Shown piece after piece: positions 20,000 to 29,411 of a stretch of DNA of 64,000 nt. This stretch comes from Desulfatiglandales bacterium (GTDB lineage Bacteria > Desulfobacterota > DSM-4660 > Desulfatiglandales > Desulfatiglandaceae), in NCBI GenBank assembly GCA_963662465.1, contig OY759599.1, forward strand, positions 8,000,001 through 8,064,000, written 5' to 3'. Positions within the stretch are counted from its first letter, which is position 1; every line of letters begins with the position of its first letter. The notes beneath the pieces are model-generated. The model made no database searches. It saw nothing but the letters and a program-made list of their open reading frames with translations, and was not told the DNA's origin. A program made the translations under genes and the position numbers.

Positions 20000-20341
20000 C
20001 TATCTTTTCCAGATGTAGGATCCGTTTTGTTCGGCCGTAAACCCCATTTTTTTCCAGAATTCTCTCGCCGTGAAACGAACTCTGTCGGCTGTGATGGAAT
20101 CAAAGTGTTGTTTGATCATTAACAGGGTTTGCGTCGCATAGCCTGCTGATAATAGGTTTTTTCGCCGGCGACGTTCGAATCTTGGGAAAATATTGATGGA
20201 GTAGATGATGATCCTGTTTTGGCAGGTTCGGCCCCTGACTTTGCCCACCCGATTATTTTCAAAGTCAATATTCAGCCAGTCGTAATCAGAACACGCGTTG
20301 TGTTTAACTACCCTGAATTTTAGTTTGTTTTCTTGTTTCAT
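20000..20341 (-). CDS. Small GNAT-family N-acetyltransferase
   Basis: IYSINIFPRFERR..GYAT (motif A) and FWKKMGF (motif B). Confidence 0.7.
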   Translation of the reverse strand: MKQENKLKFRVVKHNACSDYDWLNIDFENNRVGKVRGRTCQNRIIIYSINIFPRFERRRRKNLLSAGYATQTLLMIKQHFDSITADRVRFTAREFWKKMGFTAEQNGSYIWKR

Positions 20342-20344
20342 GGT

Positions 20345-20953
20345 TCAACTCTCTTTTCTCTTCCAGGCCTCTCGGGCCAGACGGAGACTGATTCTCAGTT
20401 TCTTGTTGCATTGCTCCGTCAAAGGGGCGCCGTGCCCCGGATAAACGGTTCTGACATCTCTGCGGCAAAGCCGTTCGAGAGCGCCGATGAATGCGCTTTC
20501 ATAGGTGCTGCCAGCCGACTGAAGAAACAAAGGCGTATCTCCGGAAAAAAGGGCGCCGTCTTCCTGGCAGTAATAGCAGACGGAATCGCTGCTGTGTCCG
20601 GGTGTGTGAAAGACTTCGAACGTTCTGTCGCCCATCTGGATGATTTCGCCACCCCGAATGAAGTGGTCCACCCCGCTTAAGGCGCGTGAAAAGGCGAAAA
20701 CCACCGGATTAAATAACTCCCTGATACGACCCAGCATGCTGCAATGATCATAGTGGCTGTGCGTCAAAACGACCTGTTCTACAGGGCATTTGCCGAGCCC
20801 TGTCCGTGCGGCCAGAATCTTTTCAATAATGGTTTCATCCCTTCCCACATCCACCAAAGTGTTCTTGTCTTTTATGGCATTCCAGCTGCCGGTAATCAGA
20901 TACACATTAGACGTGTAGGTTTTTCGGTCCTTTGTGAGGTTCACAATTTCCAT
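20345..20953 (-). CDS. MBL-fold metallo-hydrolase
   Basis: THSHYDH, HTPGHS, FSGD, YPGHG. Confidence 0.9.
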   Translation of the reverse strand: MEIVNLTKDRKTYTSNVYLITGSWNAIKDKNTLVDVGRDETIIEKILAARTGLGKCPVEQVVLTHSHYDHCSMLGRIRELFNPVVFAFSRALSGVDHFIRGGEIIQMGDRTFEVFHTPGHSSDSVCYYCQEDGALFSGDTPLFLQSAGSTYESAFIGALERLCRRDVRTVYPGHGAPLTEQCNKKLRISLRLAREAWKRKES

Positions 20954-21103
20954 AATCTTATGCCGTTTCAGTTACCAAAATAAGGACCTCACTTTCAAAT
21001 GTTGCAGACGCTCTTTCAAGGCTTTTCCGGTTTCTGGAACCTCAGTCGATGGTTTCATCCGTATGTCCGCGGTACAGACTAAATATACAGCAGATAGAAC
21101 GTA

Positions 21104-21119
21104 AGCAATAAACAGACCA
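21104..21119 (-). promoter_or_regulatory. Candidate sigma54 promoter for the MBL-GNAT-sensor operon
   Basis: Minus strand TGGTCTGTTTATTGCT: GG-N10-GC spacing, perfect -12, degenerate -24. Confidence 0.5.
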
Positions 21120-21148
21120 CTGTCCATTATTTCGCTCTTTGAAAATAC

Positions 21149-21390
21149 GTAACCGTTTACGGTTGCCGGTTTACAGTTGCCGGTTCACGGTTTTTCAATG
21201 AATTATGGGTTTCCTTCATCCAGATTTACACTTTCTTGATGAATCGTTTTTGCAATTTTAATGAAGGATGCGGAATTATGTTGGGATTGATAACCGCAAT
21301 TTTCTAACTCTTTTCAAGAGGACCCCATAATCTTCCGTTATCCTCTGTTTTTCAACCGTAAACCGGCAACCGTAAACCGTGAACGGTTAC
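21149..21390. mobile_element. 242-bp MITE with heptamer-repeat ends and an 8-bp target duplication
   Basis: TIR GTAACCGTT..AACGGTTAC; flanking direct repeat GAAAATAC (21141-21148 and 21391-21398); subterminal GGTTTAC/GGTTGCC heptamers. Confidence 0.8.
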
Positions 21391-21530
21391 GAAAATACAT
21401 AGTGAAAATGCATTTACGCTTTACAGATGTGTCAGCTTACATTAGAGTAAACTTTACGCTCCTGCCCGGCCATGACAAGCTTTTCCAGGGCCACAAGAAT
21501 CTAACCCTATCAATCGAAAGTATTTAAAAT

Positions 21531-23255
21531 ATGACGGCTAAAATATTGGTAGTAGATGATGATGAGAGCGTTCGTTTTGTTCTAAATATGGTTCTTTCCA
21601 GAGCTGGGAACCAGGTTTTGCTGGCGGAAGATTTTGATTCAGCTTGCAATATCATCAAAAAAGAGACGCTTGATCTGATCATAGCGGACATCATGCTCGG
21701 AGAACGAAGCGGCATTGAAGTCTTGCAGCAGGCCGGAAAGTCGGATGATTTCTGTCCGGTAATCCTGATTACGGGAAAACCGGATGTCACCACCGCGGCA
21801 GATGCCGTACGTTACGGCGCTTTTGACTATTTGACCAAACCGGTGGGGAAGGACCAGGTTCTTCGCATTTGCGACCGGGCCCTCAATCATAAACGGTTAC
21901 TGGATGAGAAACGCCAATTACAGGAAGAAAATGAAGAATATCGACGGAATCTCGAGGCCATTTTTGACAGCCTGATGGATGGCGTCATTACGGTGAACAG
22001 CGAATTGCAGCTGATCAAGGCCAATCAGAGGGCAGGAGAAATATGTGGTTTTTCTACAGTTGAAAACGCCGGCCGGGCCTGGCATGAAATCGGCGGACGC
22101 TGTTCCAAAAGCTGTCTCGGTATTTTGAAAAAGACTCTGGAGAGCAAAGAGAAGATCAGGGAATTTCGCACCGAATGTCAACATGAGGATCGGGAAGGGC
22201 AGGAAGTGCTTTTAAGCAGTACGCCTTTGGTGTACAAGGGCGGCAATTTCGCCGGTGTGGTGCTTGCGGTCAGGGATATCTCCAGGCTTAGCCGGCTCGA
22301 ACGTGAAATCAAAGAACGACATCATTTTCATAACATCATCGGAAAAAGCGAAAAAATACAGACTGTCTTCAGGTTGATTGAAGATCTGGCCCATACAGAG
22401 ACGACGGTTTTGATTACCGGCGAGAGCGGTACCGGAAAAGAGCTCATTGCAAAGGCCCTTCATTACAGCGGAATAAGGGCCAATAACCAGTTGGTGACCG
22501 TAAACTGCACCACACTGACTGAAAACCTGCTTGAAAGCGATCTTTTCGGCCATGTGAGAGGGGCATTCACGGGCGCCGTCAAAGACCGCCGGGGTCGCTT
22601 TCAAATAGCGGATAAAGGGACCATCTTTCTGGATGAGATTGGTGATATTTCCCCCTTGATTCAACTGAAACTGTTGCGGGTAATTCAGGAACGTGAATTT
22701 GAAAAAGTGGGGTCTTCATCGCCGATCAAAGTCGATGTAAGGCTGATTGCCGCCACCAACCGAAACATTCAGGAAATGGTTCAAACCGGGGAATTCAGGG
22801 AGGATCTCTACTATCGCTTGAAGGTGGTGGAGGTTGTTTTACCGCCCCTCAGGGAAAGAAAGGAAGATATTCCCTTGCTGACCGAACACTTCCTGGCCCT
22901 TTATCGCAAAAAACAGAATAAGGAGATTCGAGAGGTCTCCAGTGAGGTGCTGACCCGATTTCTGGCGTATTCCTGGCCCGGCAATGTGAGAGAACTGGAG
23001 CACGCCATTGAACATGCGTTTGTCGTCTGTCGCGGACCGGTGATGGGATTGGAACATTTGCCGGCTGAGTTCCGACTCTCCCCCCTGACGACAATCCGGG
23101 AAGAAGTGCTGAATGCCTCCCAAGAAAAGGAACGACTAATTGAGGCGTTGGATCGAACCGATTGGAACAAAGCCAAGGCAGCACGGCTTTTGAGCATCAG
23201 CCGCCCCACGATTTATCAAAAGATCAAACGCTTAGGGCTAAAACGTCCCTCCTGA
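21531..23255 (+). CDS. sigma54-dependent enhancer-binding response regulator (REC-PAS-AAA+-Fis HTH)
   Basis: GESGTGKE, GAFTGA, FLDEIG, FREDLYYRL, WPGNVREL, HTH NKAKAARLL. Confidence 0.95.
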   Translation: MTAKILVVDDDESVRFVLNMVLSRAGNQVLLAEDFDSACNIIKKETLDLIIADIMLGERSGIEVLQQAGKSDDFCPVILITGKPDVTTAADAVRYGAFDYLTKPVGKDQVLRICDRALNHKRLLDEKRQLQEENEEYRRNLEAIFDSLMDGVITVNSELQLIKANQRAGEICGFSTVENAGRAWHEIGGRCSKSCLGILKKTLESKEKIREFRTECQHEDREGQEVLLSSTPLVYKGGNFAGVVLAVRDISRLSRLEREIKERHHFHNIIGKSEKIQTVFRLIEDLAHTETTVLITGESGTGKELIAKALHYSGIRANNQLVTVNCTTLTENLLESDLFGHVRGAFTGAVKDRRGRFQIADKGTIFLDEIGDISPLIQLKLLRVIQEREFEKVGSSSPIKVDVRLIAATNRNIQEMVQTGEFREDLYYRLKVVEVVLPPLRERKEDIPLLTEHFLALYRKKQNKEIREVSSEVLTRFLAYSWPGNVRELEHAIEHAFVVCRGPVMGLEHLPAEFRLSPLTTIREEVLNASQEKERLIEALDRTDWNKAKAARLLSISRPTIYQKIKRLGLKRPS

Positions 23256-23321
23256 ACAGTTTCCTGCCGACATTTCCCATTCGACGTCCGAGATTTTCAA
23301 GGATTAGAGTTCTTTGCACAT

Positions 23322-23350
23322 GTGTAAGTTTACACTTGTGCTAGATTACA
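23322..23350. promoter_or_regulatory. Candidate upstream activator sites
   Basis: Palindrome GTGTAAGTTTACAC plus an adjacent degenerate copy, about 110 bp above the sigma54 promoter; similar motifs at 21428-21458. Confidence 0.45.
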
Positions 23351-23446
23351 TGTTTGTGACCCGGCATGTGCCCCGAGTGCCGGTTTCTGAGGCCCAACAA
23401 CGCCATTACAAGTGAACTTCATTGTTTTCTCCTCTGGAATCTTCCT

Positions 23447-23462
23447 TGGCACGGGTTTTGAA
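23447..23462 (+). promoter_or_regulatory. sigma54 promoter of the che operon
   Basis: TGGCACGGGTTTTGAA (perfect -24; -12 variant TTGA), 30 bp before ATG 23492. Confidence 0.65.
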
Positions 23463-23491
23463 TAAAGCTAAAGCCTGAAAAGGAGGAATCG

Positions 23492-25678
23492 ATGGCAGCA
23501 GTTCTGAGTGCTCTTCTTAAATGGGACAATGTCGGTGCGCTGAAGCAGGTTTTAAACCCCCAATATTTTCTTCGGCGATGGCGGGAGAATGGAAAAGGCG
23601 CCACTCCCACCCCTCCAGGCGCCTTCGACGCGACGGACCTCATGGGAATTTCAGAAGCGCTGGAATCCATTTGCCACGATTCTGAACCTGAATTTCTCAA
23701 GATCGGCAACACCCTCCAGAATTTTTACATCGAGGCCAATGAACTGGCACGGCACACCATGGACTCCGTCAAGGTAGTGGCAGGCGAGGGCAGCGGAAGT
23801 GTTCTGGTTAAAATCAAGAAAATCAGTGAGAACGCGCTCGACGAACTCAAGGCGCAGCAGTCACAGGTTGCCGGGCATCTGAAGGACGCCGACGACCTGG
23901 TAGAAAAACTTGTGTCCCTTTCAGGCATTCGCGGCTCCCTGCAAAAGATTGCCAAGTCCCTGGGCATCGTGGGGTTGAACATCGGCATTGAAGGCGCCAA
24001 GACCCAGGAATCCCAGGAGAAGTTTTCCGGGTTTTCAGTGGATATTAGGGGGTTATCTGAAAAGATGTCCGGTATTGGCCAGGCTGTCTATGAAGATGTG
24101 AATGCTGCCATGACCATCCAGCGATCAACATGCCGGGAGATTACGTCCGGGCTCGGGCGTCTCGAGACCTTGACTCAGGAAGCCGGCCTGACCGTTGACG
24201 GCGCGATTCAGCAGGTTGAAGCAATAACCAATGTTCTATTTAATGCCATGGAGAACACCCGCAAAAGTTCGGATGAAATCTCCCGACAGGTGGGCGATAT
24301 TGTCATGGCCATTCAGTTCCATGACAACATGCGCCAGAGGGTGGAGCATGTCATTGAGTCGCTCAATACCCTGGGCGATCGCCTCAAAGAAGGCTCTGTT
24401 GATCAGGGAGGAGACAAGGCATCTGAAAACATGGGGGAAATACTTTCCGTGCTGGAAATTCAGGCGGCGCAGCTGGGGCGGATTACTATTGAAATCGAGG
24501 GGATATCAGAAAATTTCGTTGGTGCTTTTGACAAAATCCGAAATCACCTGGACGGGCTGGGCGCAGGACTCACCTCCCTTGGGACTCATGAAGAAGACGG
24601 CGTCATCAAATGTGACGAGGCAGTCGCTGACCCCATCGAGAACCTGAAAAACTCGTTGAGTGCCCTTAACTGTCTTTTGGGGGACGGCCACGCCCTTATG
24701 GAAAGCATGGATGGCGCGGCAAGGGAGGCATCAAATGTGGTGGAAAAGGTGTCTTCTCACACTCGGGAGATCAAAGGCATCTGCATTGAAACCCATATGA
24801 TGGCCTTAAACGCCATTATTAAATCAGCCCATTTGGGCGATGAGGGATGCGTCTTTGAAGTCTTGGCGCAAGAGGTGAAAAGATTATCTGAAAGCGCTAT
24901 GGGGTTTGCCGCGGATGCGGAGCAAAACCTGGCCTTTATCAATTCATCGGCCCTTTCGCTTCGAGACATGTCATCCGGCGAGAAAGAAAAGCGGGTGGCC
25001 AAAGGTGAGGCCGAAGCTGTTTTAAAGACCGGATTTTATGAAATAGCATCTGACTACGAGCATTTCACGGAAAATTGCATGAAAGCCCAACATCGTTCAA
25101 ATGGTCTTAAAACCAACATCTCAGATGTCATAACCGGCCTTACATTCTTGCCTGAACTCTCTCAATCCCTGACCCGGCAGCGAAGGGCATTAGAGGACTT
25201 CATCGGTTGTTTGCGACCTCACGTAACCCAGGCGGGAATCCTCACACAGGTTGAAGTGGATAAGCTCGTAACGCGGTATACCATGGTGGAAGAGCGGGAA
25301 ATCCACGATGAAATGCTGGGCCGTACGGTGGCAGCCGGTGCAATTGCTTCTGTTGCAAAAGCTTCCCTGAATGACAATATCGAACTTTTTTCTGACGCAG
25401 CAGTCGATGATGATGGGATTGAATTGTTTGAGAGCGAAGTCGATCAGCCGAGTGAGGAAGACACCGCATCCCATCAGGATCAAAATGTTGAACTTTTTAC
25501 AGACAGTCCAACCGGAACGGAAAATACGTCGGATGGAGATGTGGTGCTTTTTGAAGATTTCAGTACGGATTCAAAACCGATGGCGCTGGAAGAAACGCTA
25601 ACGGAAGATGTTGATGCGACAATCGATTCCAAGCGGAATGAGGCGGAAGATTTCGGTGATAACGTTGAGTTGTTTTAA
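23492..25678 (+). CDS. Soluble MCP-like protein with two degenerate signalling hairpins and an acidic tail
   Basis: VGLNIGIEGAK, MALNAIIKSAHLG..G..FEVLAQEV, IQFHDNMRQRVEHV; ends GDNVELF; no TM segment. Confidence 0.8.
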   Translation: MAAVLSALLKWDNVGALKQVLNPQYFLRRWRENGKGATPTPPGAFDATDLMGISEALESICHDSEPEFLKIGNTLQNFYIEANELARHTMDSVKVVAGEGSGSVLVKIKKISENALDELKAQQSQVAGHLKDADDLVEKLVSLSGIRGSLQKIAKSLGIVGLNIGIEGAKTQESQEKFSGFSVDIRGLSEKMSGIGQAVYEDVNAAMTIQRSTCREITSGLGRLETLTQEAGLTVDGAIQQVEAITNVLFNAMENTRKSSDEISRQVGDIVMAIQFHDNMRQRVEHVIESLNTLGDRLKEGSVDQGGDKASENMGEILSVLEIQAAQLGRITIEIEGISENFVGAFDKIRNHLDGLGAGLTSLGTHEEDGVIKCDEAVADPIENLKNSLSALNCLLGDGHALMESMDGAAREASNVVEKVSSHTREIKGICIETHMMALNAIIKSAHLGDEGCVFEVLAQEVKRLSESAMGFAADAEQNLAFINSSALSLRDMSSGEKEKRVAKGEAEAVLKTGFYEIASDYEHFTENCMKAQHRSNGLKTNISDVITGLTFLPELSQSLTRQRRALEDFIGCLRPHVTQAGILTQVEVDKLVTRYTMVEEREIHDEMLGRTVAAGAIASVAKASLNDNIELFSDAAVDDDGIELFESEVDQPSEEDTASHQDQNVELFTDSPTGTENTSDGDVVLFEDFSTDSKPMALEETLTEDVDATIDSKRNEAEDFGDNVELF

Positions 25679-25702
25679 CAACTTAAACAAAAGGAACGAT
25701 AA

Positions 25703-26020
25703 ATGGCAATCCAGATCGGAAAAGAAGAAAAAGAGGGAAAGTGCCTGCTCATTCTAAATGGGGATATGTGCATTTACGACGCGCAAGTCATCTTGAATGA
25801 GATGCGGGAGGGGTTTAGTGGGTACGATGGACTTTTTCTGGATCTTGAAGGGGTAACGGCATGCGACATCACCGGCGTGCAACTGATTTGTTCCGCGCTT
25901 AAGACTGGAGATGATGAAAAAAAAGGGTTTGGCGTGTTAAATGCCTCGACCCCCGTCACGAAAGCATGGGCTCAGGCAGGCGTGGATTCTGAAAAATTTC
26001 CCAGCGAATCAAAAATTTGA
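25703..26020 (+). CDS. STAS-domain protein
   Basis: LDLEGVTACDITGVQLI; position before cheY. Confidence 0.85.
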   Translation: MAIQIGKEEKEGKCLLILNGDMCIYDAQVILNEMREGFSGYDGLFLDLEGVTACDITGVQLICSALKTGDDEKKGFGVLNASTPVTKAWAQAGVDSEKFPSESKI

Positions 26021-26083
26021 AGTAACAGGGCGCGGGAATAAGGATTTCGGCAACAGTACTTTTTTTGTCATGAGGAGGATTAA

Positions 26084-26449
26084 ATGGGCTATCACGTCAT
26101 GACGGCGGATGACTCGGCAAGTATGCGTCAGATGGTAAGTTTTACACTTAAACAGGCGGGCTACGAAGTCGTGGAGGCTGTAGATGGATGCGACGCACTG
26201 GATAAACTGAAAGGTTCCGGTGTCAATATGCTGCTGACCGACCTCAACATGCCCAATATGGATGGTCTGGAACTGATCAGAGAGGTTCGAAGTCTGCCTG
26301 AGTTCAAATTCATGCCGATCATTATGCTGACAACGGAATCGGAAGTCACCAAAAAACAGGCAGGCAAGCAGGCGGGCGCCACGGGCTGGATTGTAAAACC
26401 CTTTAAGCCTGAGCAGTTGACCGCCGTTGTAAAAAAAGTTCTGGGATAA
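26084..26449 (+). CDS. cheY: Chemotaxis response regulator CheY
   Basis: ADDSASMR, TDLNMP, MLTTES, GWIVKPF. Confidence 0.92.
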   Translation: MGYHVMTADDSASMRQMVSFTLKQAGYEVVEAVDGCDALDKLKGSGVNMLLTDLNMPNMDGLELIREVRSLPEFKFMPIIMLTTESEVTKKQAGKQAGATGWIVKPFKPEQLTAVVKKVLG

Positions 26450-26486
26450 TGAATTTTGGCATGCAGTCATTTAGTCTCTGAGGGAG

Positions 26487-28601
26487 ATGATGGATATACA
26501 CAGGGAGACATTCAAGCAGGAAGCCTATGAGCTTCTGGCTAAACTGGAAACATCTTTGCTGGAACTGGAAGAAAGTCCGAATGACATGGAAATCGTCGGC
26601 AGTGTCTTCCGTGCCATGCACACCATCAAAGGCTCGGGGGCCATGTTCGGGTTTGATGATGTGGCCGCATTTACCCACCAGGTGGAGTCCGTTTTTGACA
26701 TGGTTCGGGGAAGACGCATTCCGGTGACCAAAGAACTCGTGGACCTGACCCTCAATGCTTGTGACTGCATTCACAAAATGGTGGACGGGGCTCCCGTACC
26801 TGAGGCTCTGCTGTTGAAAACGACCGATGGATTCCAAAAATTGCTGCCCGTTGCTGAATCCGGTAATGATCTGGTAGCGGAAAATTTGAGCAGCGCAATG
26901 ACCTTCGAAACCGAGCCTTCGACCCGGACGTTTTCCATTCGATTTAAACCCCACAAAGAGATTTTGTCATCCGGCGCCAACCCCATCCTGCTCTTGGATG
27001 AGCTTTGTGAAATGGGAGACGGCAAGGTCATCGCCCTGACGGGCAATATCCCCTCTTTAAAGGATCTCAATCCCGAGGAGTGCTGTTTCAACTGGCACAT
27101 TATTCTCACCACAAAGGAAGACGAAAACGCGATTAAAGACGTTTTTATCTTTGTGGAAGATGAATGCGAACTCGATATTCGGTGTCTTGAAAACGAGGAT
27201 GAGGAAGACGTTGAAGATGTACGGAAAATCGGCAAGATCCTTGTGGAACGAGGTGATCTACGGCCTGAAGACCTTCAGGCCACGCTCACAACCCAAAAGC
27301 GTCTGGGTGAGCTTCTGGTGGAAGCCAAAGTGGTGGATGCCGGAGCTGTTGACGCGGCTTTGGTGGAGCAGCGGAGAATTAAGGCGCGACGTGAGGAGAC
27401 TCGGGAAAAATTAACCGCTTCCAGCATACGGGTCAGTGCGGAGAAGCTGGATACCCTCGTGGATCTGGTGGGAGAATTGGTGACCGTACAGGCCAGTCTG
27501 AGCCAGAAAGCGGGCATGGTAAACGACGCCGAATTACTTTCCATTGCCGAGGAAGTGGAGCGTTTGACCGCGGATCTGCGTGATAATACCATGAGTATCC
27601 GCATGCTTCCCATCGGTACGACTTTCAGCAAGTTTAAACGTCTGGTTAGAGATCTTTCAAACGAATTGGGAAAAGAGGTTATTCTCACCACCGAAGGAGA
27701 GGAAACCGAACTGGACAAAACCGTGATCGAGCGTCTCAACGACCCAATGGTTCATATCATTCGAAACAGCATAGATCATGGTATCGAAATCCCCTCCGAC
27801 CGGAAGGCAGCGGGTAAACCCACACGGGGAACGGTTCAGTTATCGGCCATTCATTCCGGAGCCAACGTGTTGATTCGTATTTCAGATGATGGGGCCGGAC
27901 TTGACCCTGATTCGATACAGGCCAAAGCCGTGGAAAAGGGCTTAATCGCCGCTGATGCGGAAATGACCGAAAAAGAAATCTTCTCCCTGATACTGGCCCC
28001 GGGATTTTCTACGGCAACAAAAATTACCGATGTTTCCGGACGCGGTGTCGGCATGGATGTGGTCAAACGGAGTATTGAAGCGCTCCGCGGATCCGTCGAT
28101 ATTGCCGCCCAAAAAGGCCGGGGGACCACCATCACATTGAAGCTGCCGCTCACCCTTGCCATTATTGACGGGCTTCTGGTTCGAATCGGCGTGGATTTCT
28201 ATGTGCTTCCGCTCTCAGCGGTGGAAGAATGTGTTGAACTGACGCGTGACGAGGTTGTGAACACCCGGGGCCGCAATCTGATTAACGTTCGAGGGGAGAT
28301 CGTCTCCTACATTTTATTGAGGAAACTGTTCAAAGAGAGTGGCCCCCCCCCTGACATTCAGCATATCGTTATCGTGGGAATCGACGGCCAGCGGATCGGT
28401 TTTGTGGTGGATACGGTGTTGGGTGAGCATCAAACCGTCATCAAGAATCTGGGCCGTATTTACAAGGATGCGGTAGAATTTTCGGGGGCTACAATTCTGG
28501 CTGACGGGACCGTTGCTTTAATCCTGGATGTTCAAAAGATAACACAGACTGCACTCATCGAAGAACGTCAGCTTCAGAGGGATACATTGGAAAAAAGGTA
28601 A
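26487..28601 (+). CDS. cheA: Chemotaxis histidine kinase CheA
   Basis: Hpt FRAMHTIKG, HIIRNSIDHG, SGRGVGMDVV, C-terminal CheW-like domain. Confidence 0.97.
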   Translation: MMDIHRETFKQEAYELLAKLETSLLELEESPNDMEIVGSVFRAMHTIKGSGAMFGFDDVAAFTHQVESVFDMVRGRRIPVTKELVDLTLNACDCIHKMVDGAPVPEALLLKTTDGFQKLLPVAESGNDLVAENLSSAMTFETEPSTRTFSIRFKPHKEILSSGANPILLLDELCEMGDGKVIALTGNIPSLKDLNPEECCFNWHIILTTKEDENAIKDVFIFVEDECELDIRCLENEDEEDVEDVRKIGKILVERGDLRPEDLQATLTTQKRLGELLVEAKVVDAGAVDAALVEQRRIKARREETREKLTASSIRVSAEKLDTLVDLVGELVTVQASLSQKAGMVNDAELLSIAEEVERLTADLRDNTMSIRMLPIGTTFSKFKRLVRDLSNELGKEVILTTEGEETELDKTVIERLNDPMVHIIRNSIDHGIEIPSDRKAAGKPTRGTVQLSAIHSGANVLIRISDDGAGLDPDSIQAKAVEKGLIAADAEMTEKEIFSLILAPGFSTATKITDVSGRGVGMDVVKRSIEALRGSVDIAAQKGRGTTITLKLPLTLAIIDGLLVRIGVDFYVLPLSAVEECVELTRDEVVNTRGRNLINVRGEIVSYILLRKLFKESGPPPDIQHIVIVGIDGQRIGFVVDTVLGEHQTVIKNLGRIYKDAVEFSGATILADGTVALILDVQKITQTALIEERQLQRDTLEKR

Positions 28602-28677
28602 CTGTTCACGGTTTACGGTTGCCGGTTTACGGTTGAAAAACAAAGGCAACTGTAAACCGGCAACCGTGAACGGTTAC
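28598..28677. mobile_element. 80-bp short copy of the 21149 MITE in opposite orientation
   Basis: GTAACTGTTCACGGTT...AACCGTGAACGGTTAC; flanks GAAAAAAG and GAAAAAGG; left end matches the reverse complement of 21345-21390. Confidence 0.8.
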
Positions 28678-28761
28678 GAAAAAGGAACTCATTCATGATC
28701 TTTTTTGTAAATATGATAACTGTCGCAGACCATGACGCCGGTACTTTTTAAGGATTAACCA

Positions 28762-29400
28762 ATGGCTTTTACTTATTTCTTCAGAGATTTACATACACTT
28801 GAGATGGTCCGTGACCATGTGCTGCCCTCATGGCGTTCAAAACGGCGTATCCGCATTTGGGACGCCGGCTGTGCCATGGGCCCCGAACCCTACTCTCTTG
28901 CAATTATTTTAAGAGAAAACATGGGCAAAATGCTTTTTCGAAATGTGGCCATTTACGGATCGGACGTGGATGAAAGCGGACACTTTGGTGACATTATCAG
29001 GGAAGGGGTTTACCAGGAAGATCAGATCAAACGGCTGCCAAAAGATATTCTGGAAAACTATTTTGAGAAGAACGGGAAACCAGGCAGTTTTATTCTTTCC
29101 CACGAAATTCGCAAATGTGTTTCTTTCGAATGGCATAACCTGCTTTCCCTTAAACCCATCAAAACGGATCTGGATTTGGTTATATGCAAGAACGTCTTGC
29201 TGCATTTTAAAAAAGAAGAACGTGTTCAGGTGATTCGGATGTTTCATGAAGGTCTGGGCCCGGGCGGCTTTCTGGTGATGGAGCAGACCCAGAAAATGCC
29301 CGAGCCTCTGGGTGAGCTATTTGAGCGGGTGGTCTCAAATGCCCAGGTTTTCCGGAAAATGGGCCTTTCGCCCTCGCTGAGCACGAAAATACAAAAGTAA
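28762..29400 (+). CDS. cheR: CheR-like methyltransferase lacking the N-terminal all-alpha domain
   Basis: Starts MAFTYFFRD; WDAGCAMGPEPYS, GSDVD, CKNVLLHF. Confidence 0.8.
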   Translation: MAFTYFFRDLHTLEMVRDHVLPSWRSKRRIRIWDAGCAMGPEPYSLAIILRENMGKMLFRNVAIYGSDVDESGHFGDIIREGVYQEDQIKRLPKDILENYFEKNGKPGSFILSHEIRKCVSFEWHNLLSLKPIKTDLDLVICKNVLLHFKKEERVQVIRMFHEGLGPGGFLVMEQTQKMPEPLGELFERVVSNAQVFRKMGLSPSLSTKIQK

Positions 29401-29411
29401 GGAGTCGTCTT

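Noticed and set aside
20975..21128. About 51-aa minus-strand ORF upstream of the MBL gene
   Set aside because: No recognisable motif and it overlaps the candidate sigma54 promoter
21149..21390. Short repeats as a possible CRISPR array
   Set aside because: Repeats are 7-bp tandem units inside inverted ends, with no spacers and no cas genes
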